From positions 64,001-128,000 of the forward strand of contig JAYTOU010000053.1 of the NCBI GenBank assembly GCA_043747615.1: a DNA stretch of 64,000 nt, in the 5' to 3' direction. A model generated the notes under the pieces. That model saw nothing but the letters and a program-made list of their open reading frames with translations, was not told the origin of the DNA and did not search any database. Numbering within the stretch: the stretch's first letter is position 1; each line of letters starts with the position of its first letter. Positions 31,315 to 42,311 of the stretch are shown here, piece by piece. The position numbers were made by a program, and so were the translations under genes. The stretch is from Myxococcales bacterium. Lineage in GTDB: Bacteria > Myxococcota_A > Polyangia > Polyangiales > Polyangiaceae.

Positions 31315-33593
31315 GGGCCGATGAGGGCGCGGCACTCCGAGACGCGTGGACCGTCGGCGGCTCTCTCGATGCACGACTGGTACGCAGCGCGGGCTTTGGC
31401 GTGATTTCCAGCGGTATCGTAGGCTGCGCCGAGGGTGAGCCAGGCCTCGGCGTCGGTCGGGTCTTTGTCGGTCGCGCGGCGCCCAAGGTCGATCGCCACG
31501 GCTGTATTTCCGCGCTCGAGCGCGCGCTGCGCCTGCTGGGTGAGCGTCCCCGTCGGCGCCGGAGCGACCACCTCCGGAGGGTTCGCCGCGGGCGGATTGG
31601 TCACCGGTGGAGCAACGACGACAGGCTCCCTCGGCTGCGGCGGCACCGGGTCCACCCGCCGCACCGGCGCGACCTGCTCGACATGTTCGACGGGCGCGGG
31701 AGTCGGCGGCGTGATGTCGCGCGGGACGGGCGGCGCAACGTCCTTCGGGGGCTCGGGCATGGGCACGACCGCCGCTGACACTTTTTCGGCAGGGACCGTC
31801 GAGCTGGGAGCGGGACGAATTTCGCTGTAGTCCGCCTTACTCGCTTGCCAGCGCGAATAGACCGCGCCGCCGATGAGGGCGAAAACGAGGAAGCCGAGGA
31901 TCCCGGCTGCGAGCTGTCTGACTAGGTGGTTTTGCTCGGTAGCCCGTATTGCCGAAGGCGTCGTGAGGTCGTGACGTTCGAGGGGAGCGTCCGTCTCTTC
32001 ACGCGAGCTCTCGTCATCGCCGTCTTTGGTTACTTTTTCGGGCTCGTCGCCGTCGTCGTCCGCGTCGTCTTCGTGATCCGCTTCGTCGTCGTCGTCTTCT
32101 TCTTCGTCATCGTCTTCGTCATCGTCTTCGTCATCGTCTTCTTCGTCATCGTCTTCGTCATCGTCGTCTTCGTCGTCATCTTCTTCGTCGTCATCGACGG
32201 CGTCTTCATCGTCGTCTTCGCCGTCTTCTTCCTCGTTTCCTTTGTCGGCGGGGAGGCGCGCGTGATCGGCGTCAGGCTCCGCGGCAGGAGCGAGGGGAAC
32301 GTGCTCGGCGGAAGCACTTTCCGCGTTGTCGGCGTTTTCCGCGCTCACCAGGCCAGCGGCGAGAGCTGCGGTCACACCATCCTCGGGTGTGGGGCGCGAG
32401 GAGGCAGGCAACGTAGCGACCGGCGCCACTGGAAAGTGCGGGAGCGTAGTCGGGTTACGGGGGATCACTGCGGGCATCATCGCGTCGTAGCTCGCCTTCA
32501 CGCTCATCGGCGGCGGCGTCAGACTCTCGGCTCCTGGAACGACGAGCATCTCATCGATCGCTGCCTGCGAAGGCTTCTCCGTCGCTTGCGAGCCGACCTC
32601 AGCGGGGATCACCGATTCGTCGGCGGGGGCCAGATCGCGCGAGTCTGCCGTCGGCAGTAGGAGCCCTTCGAAGTAGAGCTTGGAGATCGTCGAGAGCGTC
32701 GAGAGATCTTCGAACGGCGATTCGTCGACGACTTCCATCAGCGATTTTCGCCCGTCGAAGAGGCGGAGAATTCCGTTGAGCTCGTCTGGGATTTCGTTGA
32801 GGCGCTCGAGGAGCTGCTCGTGATCGACCTCGAAAATTGTGGAGAGCGGCGGGAGCTGCTCGAGGAGCCGCCCCCACTCGTCGACGCGGCGCATGCCTTC
32901 CATCAGGATTCCCTGGGTGGAGCTGTTCATGATGTCGTCGTTCGTGATGACCCGAAATTCCACCTCGAAATCAGCTTCGTTCCAGATGAGCGTGCGGTAG
33001 ATGGCCTCTTCACCGCGGAGATGACCGAGCTCGGCATCGACGATCTTCCCGTCGCGGAAATAGATGAGCGCGGTGTGGATCCCGGTCTTGAGATGAACGA
33101 CGCCACTCTTGCGGGAAACCTCGAACGTCTGGAGGAGGTCGACGACCGCCATGTCCTGGATCGAGCCGCTGAAGCGGGTGCGCCCGCTCACCGTGCTGCG
33201 GGTGGTGATGTTGTCGTGTGCCCGCCGAGCGAGGAGAAGATTCACGCGCGCGAGGAGCTCACGAACGAAGATCGGCTTCGTGAGGTAGTCCTCGACGCCG
33301 AGCTCGAGGCCGCGGATCTTATCCTCGACGGATTTTTGGCTGGTGAGGAATACGACCGGTATCGACGCCCATTCCGGGCGCTCTTTCAGCCGCCGCACGA
33401 GCGCGTAGCCATCAAGCTTGGGAAGCCGGGTGTCCGACAAAACGAGATCGGGGGTGGAAACCTCGAGCTTCGCGAGCGCGTCGTTGCCGTCGACGGCCGT
33501 CGTCACGCTGTACCCAGCTTTTCGCAGGCTTACTTCGAGCACCCGGACGCTGCGCGGGTCGGCGTCGACGAGCAGGAGCTGTTGTTTTGCCAC
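31311..33593 (-). CDS. Receiver domain + DUF4388/PATAN-like domain + acidic linker + TM + TPR protein
   Basis: N-terminal REC (DLVLSD, FLT, KP), [21 protein letters not shown]4388-like start, long D/E tract, one TM helix, C-terminal TPR. Confidence 0.85.
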   Translation of the reverse strand: MAKQQLLLVDADPRSVRVLEVSLRKAGYSVTTAVDGNDALAKLEVSTPDLVLSDTRLPKLDGYALVRRLKERPEWASIPVVFLTSQKSVEDKIRGLELGVEDYLTKPIFVRELLARVNLLLARRAHDNITTRSTVSGRTRFSGSIQDMAVVDLLQTFEVSRKSGVVHLKTGIHTALIYFRDGKIVDAELGHLRGEEAIYRTLIWNEADFEVEFRVITNDDIMNSSTQGILMEGMRRVDEWGRLLEQLPPLSTIFEVDHEQLLERLNEIPDELNGILRLFDGRKSLMEVVDESPFEDLSTLSTISKLYFEGLLLPTADSRDLAPADESVIPAEVGSQATEKPSQAAIDEMLVVPGAESLTPPPMSVKASYDAMMPAVIPRNPTTLPHFPVAPVATLPASSRPTPEDGVTAALAAGLVSAENADNAESASAEHVPLAPAAEPDADHARLPADKGNEEEDGEDDDEDAVDDDEEDDDEDDDDEDDDEEDDDEDDDEDDDEEEDDDDEADHEDDADDDGDEPEKVTKDGDDESSREETDAPLERHDLTTPSAIRATEQNHLVRQLAAGILGFLVFALIGGAVYSRWQASKADYSEIRPAPSSTVPAEKVSAAVVPMPEPPKDVAPPVPRDITPPTPAPVEHVEQVAPVRRVDPVPPQPREPVVVAPPVTNPPAANPPEVVAPAPTGTLTQQAQRALERGNTAVAIDLGRRATDKDPTDAEAWLTLGAAYDTAGNHAKARAAYQSCIERAADGPRVSECRALIGP
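32081..32235. repeat. Low-complexity TCN-triplet/12-bp repeat encoding a poly-Asp/Glu tract
   Basis: Iterated TCTTCGTCATCG units within the 31311..33593 CDS. Confidence 0.85.
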
Positions 33594-33630
33594 GGCGCAA
33601 GCCTACCCGGCGCACGAGGCGCGTTTCGAA

Positions 33631-34983
33631 CTATTTAGCTGCCCAGGGATCTCGAAAACCGCCGGTCACCTTCGGCTTGGGCGCGGGCGGTGGAGCTTTG
33701 ATCTTCACCGGCGCGGGTGGCGGCTGCGCGGAGGCCGCCGGTTCCGGCAAAGGGGGCGGCAAAATGACCTCCTCACGAAGTGAGGGGATCGCCGCCACAC
33801 TCGCGACGAGGGGGACGCCGGCGCGAATTTCGACGCGGGCGGGCTCGTACAAAGAACGCGTCATGACGACGACGAGAACGGCGACGGCGGTGATGGTCAC
33901 GGCCCACAGCGCGCGCCTCGAGTCGGCGATCCGTCCCACGCCGTCCGCTTTCAACGGCGCGTCATCGGCGCCTGCCGGGGGCCCCGCGGAGAGAAGAGAG
34001 ACAAGGCCTTCGCGCTTCGGTCTTCGAGCGCGGTCGAGATCGCGCGCTAACGCGTCCATCGTTGCGTACCGAAGCGCAGTCGTTTTCTCGAGTGATTTGA
34101 GGATGACAGCCTCGAGCGAACCGAGATCACGGATGCCGGGCGCCACCTCGCTCGGGGAGATCGGCTTCACGAACATGTGCTGGCTGATGACGCCCATGAA
34201 CGTGTCGGCTTCGAACGGCACCCGGCCCGTAAACATCTCGTACATGATCACGCCGAGGGAATAGATGTCGGCGCGGTGGTCGACGGGCTGCCCTCCGGCC
34301 TGCTCCGGTGACATGTAATGCGGGGTTCCGAAGACTACGCCGGTCTTCGTGATCCGACTCGCGCCGACGATCAGCGCCGCGCCAAAATCCACCACCCTCA
34401 CGCCGAGCTCGTCGTCATCGACGATGAAAATATTTTCCGGCTTCAGATCACGATGGATGATGCCCGCTTCGTGCGCCGCGCTGAGGGCGCTCGCGATGCG
34501 AATCACGATGCCTACGCCGCGCGTGGGCGACAGCGGTCCCTCTTTCAAGAGCTCGGACAGCGTCTGTCCCTGGAGAAGATCCATCACGAAATAGGGCCGT
34601 TTATCCGACTCTAGGTGACCGAAGTCGGTGATGCTGACGATGTTCGGGTGCTTCACTGCGGCCGTGGCGCGCGCCTCCTGGATGAAACGTGCGGCGAGCT
34701 TGTCGTCGCTGGCCATGTCGAGCCGCATGACCTTCATCGCGAAGTGGCGGCCGAGCGCGCTGTGGCGCACTTTGTAGACCGTGCCCATTCCGCCTTCGCC
34801 GAGGACCGCGATCACTTCGTAGCGACCGCCGATCGTCTTGCCGAGAAGGGTGTCACCGCTCGGATCCCAGCGATCGCTGACGAGACGGACGCCGTCGAAC
34901 GGGCAGAACATCCCATCGACGCTGTAGCGCTGGCCGCACTCCGGGCAGCGCTTGATTTCGTGCCGGAGGTTGACGGTTCTCAA
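33631..34983 (-). CDS. Hanks-type Ser/Thr kinase with N-terminal Zn ribbon and TM segment
   Basis: CPEC...CPFD, GEGGMGTV, HRDLKPEN, DFG, GTPHYMSPE, TM helix and Pro-rich tail. Confidence 0.93.
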   Translation of the reverse strand: MRTVNLRHEIKRCPECGQRYSVDGMFCPFDGVRLVSDRWDPSGDTLLGKTIGGRYEVIAVLGEGGMGTVYKVRHSALGRHFAMKVMRLDMASDDKLAARFIQEARATAAVKHPNIVSITDFGHLESDKRPYFVMDLLQGQTLSELLKEGPLSPTRGVGIVIRIASALSAAHEAGIIHRDLKPENIFIVDDDELGVRVVDFGAALIVGASRITKTGVVFGTPHYMSPEQAGGQPVDHRADIYSLGVIMYEMFTGRVPFEADTFMGVISQHMFVKPISPSEVAPGIRDLGSLEAVILKSLEKTTALRYATMDALARDLDRARRPKREGLVSLLSAGPPAGADDAPLKADGVGRIADSRRALWAVTITAVAVLVVVMTRSLYEPARVEIRAGVPLVASVAAIPSLREEVILPPPLPEPAASAQPPPAPVKIKAPPPAPKPKVTGGFRDPWAAK

Positions 34984-35004
34984 CGCGCCCCCCGCGACCC
35001 GGGC

Positions 35005-35214
35005 TCAGCCATTTTCCGCGTCCGCACCTGCGGCGTCCGTCGGCGGCGTGTCCGGCGGCGCGCACACACCCTGGGCGCAGTGCAGATGCTCTTTGCAGTC
35101 GTGATCTCGCGTGCAGGGCCCGTTCACGCCGCTCGATCCGCCGTCGGAGCCGCCGCACGAGGGATCGTGGAGGAGCCCCACCGCGAGGGACAACGCGATG
35201 GCATGACGGATCAC
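35005..35214 (-). CDS. Small secreted Cys-rich protein
   Basis: Signal-like N-terminus, C-x5-C-x5-C-x4-C knot, fills an operon gap. Confidence 0.6.
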   Translation of the reverse strand: MIRHAIALSLAVGLLHDPSCGGSDGGSSGVNGPCTRDHDCKEHLHCAQGVCAPPDTPPTDAAGADAENG

Positions 35215-35246
35215 TCCCTAATACTAGCAGCCCCCGGCGAGCGGAG

Positions 35247-36491
35247 TCAGGTCATTGGCGCGGCAGGTGCTTTTGCCGCGGTGCCGCAATTTGCGCAGAA
35301 TTTCACGCCGGGGAGGGTCTCTTGGCCACACGACGTGCAGAACTTTTTCGCCTGCGCGAGGGCATTGCCGCACTCGTTGCAGAACTTTCCCTGGGGTTGT
35401 GCCGTGTTGCATTTGCCGCAGGTGATCACCGCCGCGGTCGGCGTGAACTCCGGCGCCGAGGGTGACGCCGGACGCCCACCGAACTGGGGCTGCCCGGTAA
35501 ACGCGCCGCCCATCGCCCCACCGATGCCCATTCCGATCGCGGCTTGCGCGCCGAGACCAGCGATCCCGCCGTCTCCCATGCCGTGCTCGGCCATCCCCTG
35601 CCCGGCTCCGATCATGGCCTGACCGGCGGCATAGTTCTGGTAGTTGCCGGCGAGCTGCTGGACGTACTTCGCGTCCTGATTGAATTTCTGATCGAGCTCG
35701 AACTGCTTTTGCTGGGCCTTCGCCGCGGCGCCGCCAACCTTGATCTGCTCGAGCTGCACTTCGATGTTTGCGGCTTCGAGGGCGACGACGAAGCGCTCGT
35801 TCGCATCGTTGAGCTTTTTGTCGTCTTCGGGCGTGAAGTTGAGGTTGAAGGTGTTCGTGAGGATCCGGATGCCCGTCTCGTTCATCGCCGGTGCGTGGGC
35901 CACGAACGATGCAGTGAGCTCGGTCTGGTAGGCGTTGATGTCGATGAGCGAGATCTTCTGCTTGATGCAGAACTCGCCGAGCGTCTGCTTCACGCCGCTC
36001 TTGAAGAGCTCGCGGATCCACTCGGTGACTTGCTCGTTCGTCTTGTTCGATCCCTGACGCGCGTAGCCCACGATGAACTGCACGGGGTCTGTGATGACAA
36101 TGCTCATCTCTCCGAAGATGCGGGGGTTGACGAGGCACTTGAGCTGCGGATCGCGGGTCGCGCCGATCTGGCCGCCGAAAGGCACGCGGAAAGGCACGGT
36201 GGTCACGAAGAAGATCTCGCTGATGAAGACCTGACCGCCCGTGAAATTGGTGACGATGCTGTTCAAGAATGGAATGTTCTGGGTTTGCAGCGTGTGCCGA
36301 CCCGCCGGAAGAATGCCGACGACGCGCCCGTCCTTGAAGAAGACGGCGCACTCATCGCTGTCGACCGTGAGCTGCGAGTACATGGGGACGTTCTGATCGG
36401 GGTGCTTGTAGACCGCGAGCTCCTTCAGATTGTCCGGCCGCGCGATCATCATTTCCCGCACGCCATTTCGAACGAAATCCATGACTCCCAT
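35247..36491 (-). CDS. SPFH (band-7, YdjI-like) domain protein with C-terminal double zinc ribbon
   Basis: SQLTV...AVFF.DG...GRHTL.TQNIP, Gly-rich linker, four CxxC motifs; GGGAG RBS before ATG 36491. Confidence 0.82.
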   Translation of the reverse strand: MGVMDFVRNGVREMMIARPDNLKELAVYKHPDQNVPMYSQLTVDSDECAVFFKDGRVVGILPAGRHTLQTQNIPFLNSIVTNFTGGQVFISEIFFVTTVPFRVPFGGQIGATRDPQLKCLVNPRIFGEMSIVITDPVQFIVGYARQGSNKTNEQVTEWIRELFKSGVKQTLGEFCIKQKISLIDINAYQTELTASFVAHAPAMNETGIRILTNTFNLNFTPEDDKKLNDANERFVVALEAANIEVQLEQIKVGGAAAKAQQKQFELDQKFNQDAKYVQQLAGNYQNYAAGQAMIGAGQGMAEHGMGDGGIAGLGAQAAIGMGIGGAMGGAFTGQPQFGGRPASPSAPEFTPTAAVITCGKCNTAQPQGKFCNECGNALAQAKKFCTSCGQETLPGVKFCANCGTAAKAPAAPMT

Positions 36492-36659
36492 CGTCGACTC
36501 TCCCTCTTGTGCGTTCGCCCCCGGCCTGTCGCGCAAGTCAGCGGCCCGGTTTTGACCGTGCTAGGTTGGACGTAACTAACTCAAGCATAATCACGTTTCG
36601 CGCGCCTCGTCATGCGTTGTCATTGGCGCGGGGTACGCTCTTCTCCAGACCGGAAAAAC

Positions 36660-37808
36660 ATGGCGTCCGTAGCTTTCGTGCCCGCCGTTTTCGATCCTGC
36701 CGGCCTTCCTCCACCGGCCCTGCGGCTCCTCGACGTCAAAACTCCGATGCCCATGCGGCAGATGGCGGCGAAGGGCGTTTCTCCTGGACTAAAGCCGCAC
36801 GAGGCGCTGAGCGTGGTCGTCCTCCTCGCACAGTCTTCCGATCCGGCGCTGGCGGAGACGGCAGGCGATACCCTCCGCAAGCTTCCGCCTGCGCTGGCCG
36901 GCGGCGCACTCGTTCCTCAGCTTCACGCGGCCGTGCTCGACGTCGTCGCTCCTCTCTATGCGACCGATGCGCCCATGATGGAGAAGCTCCTGTCGCTGCC
37001 GCAGCTCGCTCTCGCCACCATCGCCCACGTTGCTGGGCTCGCGTCGGAGGCGGTGTGCGAGCTCATCGCGACCAACGAAGAGCGCCTACTCGCACATGGG
37101 GCGATCATCGAACGCCTCTACATGAACAAGCACGCGCGCATGTCGACGGCCGATCGCATCTTGGAGCTCGCAGTGCGCAACGGGCTCGATCTCACGGGAA
37201 TTCCAGCCTTCCGGGAGGCGGCTGCGGCCATCGCCAACGAGCTCATCGTGGAGGCTCAAGATGAGCCCACCTTCGACGACGTGCTCTTTACGCAGACCGA
37301 TGAGCTCGCGCAGCAGATCGTGCTCGACCTCGACGTAGAAGACACGCACGTCCTCGATCCGGAGACGGGCGAGGAGAAAGTCGCGGACCGGGTCCTGCCG
37401 CTTCACGCGCAGCTTGCGCAGATGTCGGTGTCGCAGAAGGTCCGGCGAGCGATGCTCGGAACGGCAACGGAGCGAATGGTGCTCGTGCGCGATGCCAATC
37501 GTCTGGTGGCGGCAGCGGCCATCAAGAGCCCGACCATCCAGGAAAACGAAGTAGTGCGGATCAGCGCCAGCCGCGCGGTGAGCGACGACGTCCTTCGCTT
37601 AATCGCGATGGATCGCGAGTGGACGCGCTCCCATCAGGTCAAGGTGAACCTCGTCTCCAATCCGCGAACGCCCTTCGCCTTTGCGGCACGGCTCATCTTG
37701 CACCTCCGGGAGCACGAGCTGAAGGCCATAGCCAAGAGCAAGAACGTCACCGGCGCCGTCTCCACGGCGGCCCGAAATCAGCTCGCGAAGCGCGGAGGCA
37801 AATCATGA
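36660..37808 (+). CDS. Helical-repeat (LRV/HEAT-like) hypothetical protein
   Basis: C-terminal repeats with W...V...LVSNPRTP; same pattern as the 8175 protein; overlaps the galE start. Confidence 0.8.
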   Translation: MASVAFVPAVFDPAGLPPPALRLLDVKTPMPMRQMAAKGVSPGLKPHEALSVVVLLAQSSDPALAETAGDTLRKLPPALAGGALVPQLHAAVLDVVAPLYATDAPMMEKLLSLPQLALATIAHVAGLASEAVCELIATNEERLLAHGAIIERLYMNKHARMSTADRILELAVRNGLDLTGIPAFREAAAAIANELIVEAQDEPTFDDVLFTQTDELAQQIVLDLDVEDTHVLDPETGEEKVADRVLPLHAQLAQMSVSQKVRRAMLGTATERMVLVRDANRLVAAAAIKSPTIQENEVVRISASRAVSDDVLRLIAMDREWTRSHQVKVNLVSNPRTPFAFAARLILHLREHELKAIAKSKNVTGAVSTAARNQLAKRGGKS

Positions 37809-38773
37809 AAATCTTGGTGACGGGAGGAGCGGGCTACATCGGCTCTCACATGGTGCACGCCCTCGTACGCGGCGATCACCAGGTGGTGGTCGTCGACGAT
37901 CTGTCGAGCGGGCGGCGCGCGGCGGTGCACGAAAAAGCGATTTTCATAGAGGGGAATGTGCGCGATCGCCCGCTCGTCACCAAGGCGCTCGTCGATCACG
38001 GCGTCGAGGCAATCTTTCACTTCGCCTCACGCATTCAGGTCGGTGAGTCGGTCATCGATCCGCATCTCTACTACCGCGACAATCTCTCGGCGGGGATCGA
38101 GCTCGTGGAGAGCGCGCTCGAAGCGAAGGTTCGGTATTTCATTCTGTCGTCGACGGCGGCCGTGTACGGAAATCCGATCCGCGTGCCCCTCGACGAAGAG
38201 CATCCGACCGCGCCGGTGAACCCGTATGGAGAGACGAAGCTCGCCATGGAGTGGATGCTCGCGAGCTACGCGCGGGCCTACGATTTCCGGTATGCGGCGC
38301 TTCGCTATTTCAACGCAGCGGGGGCCGATCCCGAGGCGGGGCTCGGGGAGTGTCACGAGCCGGAGTCGCATTTGATTCCGCTCGTCATCGAAGCGGCGAT
38401 GGGCAAGCGCCCAACCATCACGATCTATGGCGAGGACTACGACACGCCCGACGGCACGTGCTTGCGCGACTACATCCACGTGCGCGATCTCGCGGATGCG
38501 CACCTCGCAGGGCTCACGTATCTCGCGCGTGGTGGAGAGAGCGGAGCCTTTAACTTGGGGACGGGCGTCGGGCACTCGGTGCGTGAGGTCATTGAGGTCA
38601 CCAAGAAAGTTTCTAAGCGTGAGATCCCTGTAAAAATAGGGGAACGGCGCGCGGGGGATCCGGCGGAGCTCGTGGCCTCACCGGCGCGGGCGGAGCGGCT
38701 GCTCGGGTGGAAGGCGAAGCGCGGGTCCCTCGAGGAGATCGTGAGCGACGCCTGGAGATGGCATTCGGGGTGA
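37805..38773 (+). CDS. galE: UDP-glucose 4-epimerase
   Basis: MKILVTGGAGYIGSH, SSTAAVYG, YGETK, LRYFNAAG, DGTCLRDYIHV. Confidence 0.95.
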   Translation: MKILVTGGAGYIGSHMVHALVRGDHQVVVVDDLSSGRRAAVHEKAIFIEGNVRDRPLVTKALVDHGVEAIFHFASRIQVGESVIDPHLYYRDNLSAGIELVESALEAKVRYFILSSTAAVYGNPIRVPLDEEHPTAPVNPYGETKLAMEWMLASYARAYDFRYAALRYFNAAGADPEAGLGECHEPESHLIPLVIEAAMGKRPTITIYGEDYDTPDGTCLRDYIHVRDLADAHLAGLTYLARGGESGAFNLGTGVGHSVREVIEVTKKVSKREIPVKIGERRAGDPAELVASPARAERLLGWKAKRGSLEEIVSDAWRWHSG

Positions 38774-40743
38774 CGCGCAATCGCCTCGCCTGGCTGCTGC
38801 TAGCGCCGCTCCTCGTCGTGATTCTCTACGCCGCGTTCGTCGCCCAGTCTCACACGTGCCCTAGCGTCGATTGCCGCACCTATCTGGAGATGGTCCGCGG
38901 GATCTCTGATCACGGATTGCCGTATTTAGAAAACGGGCCCGTCGCACTGTATCCAGAGCTTCAGGCGCGCTGGAACGTCGTTCACGGGGACCGGCTATGG
39001 GGAACGTATCCTCCTGTATTCCCGTACGCGGCGGTGATCCCGTTCCGGCTCGGTGGGCTCGTTGGCGTCGCCCATTTCAATGGCCTGATGCTCGCCGTTC
39101 TCGCCTTCGGCGTCTTTGCGCTCGGCCAAAGATACACGCGCGATTCATTGGCGGGCACAGCAGCCGCTTACATCGTTGTGCTCTCGACGCCGGCGGGGGC
39201 GTCCTCCCTCGACCTTGGCCCCTACACGATGGCGGTGAGCATGATCACCTGGGCCTCATTCTTCACGATTTGGGCTCTCGATGAGGCCGATGGACGAGCC
39301 CGCCGACTTGCTCTAGTCGCAGGCTTGCTCGGTGGTCTCGCGCTCGGGACTCACCTCCTCAACTTGCCTCTTCTCGGCGCGCTGCTCCTCGTCCTGTGCG
39401 CGGTTCCCGTCGGGGGGAGCCCTACGCTCCTACCAGAACGTTTTCGTCAGCATCGCTTCGCGCACCTGGCACCGACGCGAGCGTCGATGCGCCGCGGCGT
39501 GTGGGCAATCGCGGGCACAGGGCTCCCTTTGTCGGGAATGGCAGCATTGAATCACCTTCGGTTCGGCTCTTGGAATCCAATCAGCTACGGCCCCTGCGCC
39601 TGGCGGTCGTGTGACGAGACCGGGCTTGGTCACCAGTCCGCGGGCGCCATGCTCCTCTATGCGGCCATGACGATCGTCTGGGCGACGCTAACCATCGGCG
39701 TCAGTTGGTACGTCCGTCGGTCGCGCATCGGACTCATGATCGCCGCACTCGTCTCGCTCGCGTTCTTGTTCGGATACGAGCCGCTTACCCGGCACACCCG
39801 CAACATCGCGACAATCTTCTGGGCCTACCTCGTGGACAACAGCCCCTTCGACATGTTTCCGATGTCTCGGCCGCCGGACGGGCTCGGAAACATGTTCGGC
39901 CCGTTCGTCATCAAGTCGACGCTCCAATGCACGCCGTTCCTTGCGCTCGCAGCGATGGCCCCGTTCACGAGCCGGCGCGATAAGGGCGTGACGCTCGCGC
40001 TCGGCCTTCCCGCGTTGGCGCTCTTCGTTCTACTTGGGCTACGCGCGAACTTGGTTCCGGTGCATGCGCTTGGTTACCCGTTCCTTTATCTGCGCTATGT
40101 CCTACCGGCGCTGCCTCTCCTCGTGGTGCTCGGTCTCGAGGCGGTGAAAGCGCTTCCTTGGACCTGGGCCCACGTCGTCCTCGCGGCTGGGGCGACGCTC
40201 GCGTTCGTCGTGGCGCTCAATCAAGCGCCCGATGACATGCTCTACTGGCGCCGTGTCCTCGTTCTCCGCGGAACCCTCGCACTCGGCGGAGGAGCGCTCA
40301 TCCTCGGAGGTATTGCGCATAGATCCCTAGGAAAGGCTTGGAAGCGCGCCGCGGCCTTCGCGACTGTGGGCGCGATTGCCTGCGGAATCGCGATTACGTC
40401 GACGATCGATTTGCGAGTCGTACTCAGCATGCAAAAGGAGAGCGCGCGCAGGGTCGATCACGTCGCGCTCATCGCCCCCCAACGATTTGCGCTCGCTGGA
40501 TGGGCCGGCGACATCGACTTACTTCTTTCGCTGAGGGCGACGCGCGACATTGAGTATGTGGATCTTTACGAATCGCTCAACTGGTACAACTTCCGCCAGA
40601 TGATCGATCGTTGGTCGAGCGACCACCGCCCGATTTTCGCCGTGCTGCCACCCGGCGCGGTCAAGAGCCCTTGGCAGGACGTCGACTTCGAGCTCGTCGA
40701 CCCGGCGGAGCGCCTCTACCGGGTGACGAAGCGGATCCCCTAG
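38758..40743 (+). CDS. Polytopic membrane protein, putative GT-C glycosyltransferase
   Basis: N-terminal TM followed by an Asp-containing loop, YPP motif, more than 12 TM segments, RY..P motif; follows galE. Confidence 0.6.
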   Translation: MAFGVTRNRLAWLLLAPLLVVILYAAFVAQSHTCPSVDCRTYLEMVRGISDHGLPYLENGPVALYPELQARWNVVHGDRLWGTYPPVFPYAAVIPFRLGGLVGVAHFNGLMLAVLAFGVFALGQRYTRDSLAGTAAAYIVVLSTPAGASSLDLGPYTMAVSMITWASFFTIWALDEADGRARRLALVAGLLGGLALGTHLLNLPLLGALLLVLCAVPVGGSPTLLPERFRQHRFAHLAPTRASMRRGVWAIAGTGLPLSGMAALNHLRFGSWNPISYGPCAWRSCDETGLGHQSAGAMLLYAAMTIVWATLTIGVSWYVRRSRIGLMIAALVSLAFLFGYEPLTRHTRNIATIFWAYLVDNSPFDMFPMSRPPDGLGNMFGPFVIKSTLQCTPFLALAAMAPFTSRRDKGVTLALGLPALALFVLLGLRANLVPVHALGYPFLYLRYVLPALPLLVVLGLEAVKALPWTWAHVVLAAGATLAFVVALNQAPDDMLYWRRVLVLRGTLALGGGALILGGIAHRSLGKAWKRAAAFATVGAIACGIAITSTIDLRVVLSMQKESARRVDHVALIAPQRFALAGWAGDIDLLLSLRATRDIEYVDLYESLNWYNFRQMIDRWSSDHRPIFAVLPPGAVKSPWQDVDFELVDPAERLYRVTKRIP

Positions 40744-42251
40744 GCCGACTTCGTCTCGGGCTGAACGCGACTCGGTACCTGCCGCAACCCGCTCACCGTC
40801 GACTGCGCGCCGGCGTCTCCGGCCTCGTGGTACTCGGCATCTTCGTTCACTTGCCAGGCGTTGAAAATGCGCTTGCCGGCGACGATATTTTCGACCGTCA
40901 CCATGGCCGTCATCATCGCGTGATCCTGGTTGTTGTACTTGTGCATCCCGTTGCGACCCACGGGGTAGAGCGTCGGAAACTTCTCCTCCATCTCCCTTCG
41001 CACGACATCGACGTGCGCGGCGTAGTGGTCGTCGTACACGGGGTAGGCTTTCTTCTGGCGGACGACGCAGCCGTCGACGACGTCTCCGACCTTGCCGAGC
41101 TGGATGGCCTCGAGCTCCTTTTTGCCGAGGGAGATCAGATCTTCGTCTTTCATGTTCCAGAGGCCGTCGCCCTCGAAACAAAAATATTCGAGGCCGTAGC
41201 AAGCAAGCGTGGGGTCCGGAATCATCTCCGGCGACCACGACTTGAAGTTCTGGACGCGGCCGACTTTGACCGACGGATCGTGGATGTAGATCCAGTTGTC
41301 GTCGAAGAGGTTCTTGTCTTTCAGGATGAGCGTCACCGTCAGAAAGTCCCTGTATTTCAGGGAATTCGCGGCCGTCAGCGCCTTTGCGGAGAGCGCGGGC
41401 TTCAAATTCTCTGCGAGCTCGCGGAGCGGCGCCGACGAGATGAGGCTCTCGGCCGTCGTCTCGAACGTCTTTCCGTTTTGGTCTTCGTGCTTGACCGTCC
41501 AGCGCTTCGCTTCGGCGTCCCACGTGCAACCGACGACCTTGTGCCCCATCTCGATCTTGCCGCCCATCGCCTTCGTCTTGGCGGCGCACGCTTCCCACAG
41601 CATGCCCGGGCCCTTGCGCGGGTAACGGAAGGAGTCGATCAGCGTCTTGACGATCTTGTCGCGGCTCTTCGGCTTTCGCTTGGGCAGAAGCGCGTTCACG
41701 ATCGCGCTGCCGAGAGAGAGCCCCTTGATGCGCTGCGCAGCCCAATCGGCGGAGATCTCCGCGCAGGGCATGCCCCAAACCTTTTCGGTGTAGGTCTTGA
41801 AGAAGATCTCGAAGAGGCGGCTACCGAACTCGTTGCTCACCCACTCTTCGTAGTTCTTGGGGTGCTTGTTCGGAAACGCGCGCGCCTTCGCGTACGACGC
41901 GACGCACCGCGCGGCCTCGACGGGGCCGAGCTTTCTCAGCGCCTCGACGCCCTTCAGCGGGTAGGCGAAGAACTTTCCGTCATAGAAAATGCGAGAGGAG
42001 CGGGGGCGCTCGATCATGTCGTCAGGGAGGATCTCGGTCCAGAAATCCTCGACCTCTTTCGACTTCGAGAAGAAGCGATGACCGCCGATGTCGAAGTGAA
42101 AACCCTTGTATTTAGCCGTACGCGAGATGCCGCCCACGTAGGTAGGGTCGGCTTCGAACACCGTGACGGCGACCCCTTTCTTCGACAAGAGGTACGCGGC
42201 AGTGAGGCCCGCGGGGCCGGCTCCGATGATCGCGACCGAAGTGTTCGTCAT
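40740..42251 (-). CDS. FAD-dependent oxidoreductase (UDP-galactopyranose mutase/HemY-like family)
   Basis: GAGPAGL Rossmann motif, DIGGHRFFSK, YTEKVWG, AYPVY, GRNGMHKYNNQDH. Confidence 0.85.
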   Translation of the reverse strand: MTNTSVAIIGAGPAGLTAAYLLSKKGVAVTVFEADPTYVGGISRTAKYKGFHFDIGGHRFFSKSKEVEDFWTEILPDDMIERPRSSRIFYDGKFFAYPLKGVEALRKLGPVEAARCVASYAKARAFPNKHPKNYEEWVSNEFGSRLFEIFFKTYTEKVWGMPCAEISADWAAQRIKGLSLGSAIVNALLPKRKPKSRDKIVKTLIDSFRYPRKGPGMLWEACAAKTKAMGGKIEMGHKVVGCTWDAEAKRWTVKHEDQNGKTFETTAESLISSAPLRELAENLKPALSAKALTAANSLKYRDFLTVTLILKDKNLFDDNWIYIHDPSVKVGRVQNFKSWSPEMIPDPTLACYGLEYFCFEGDGLWNMKDEDLISLGKKELEAIQLGKVGDVVDGCVVRQKKAYPVYDDHYAAHVDVVRREMEEKFPTLYPVGRNGMHKYNNQDHAMMTAMVTVENIVAGKRIFNAWQVNEDAEYHEAGDAGAQSTVSGLRQVPSRVQPETKSA

Positions 42252-42311
42252 GAACGAAAGTCTCCAAGAAGAAAAAAGAATTCTGAGGCGAACTATGCGG
42301 CGAAGGGGGGA

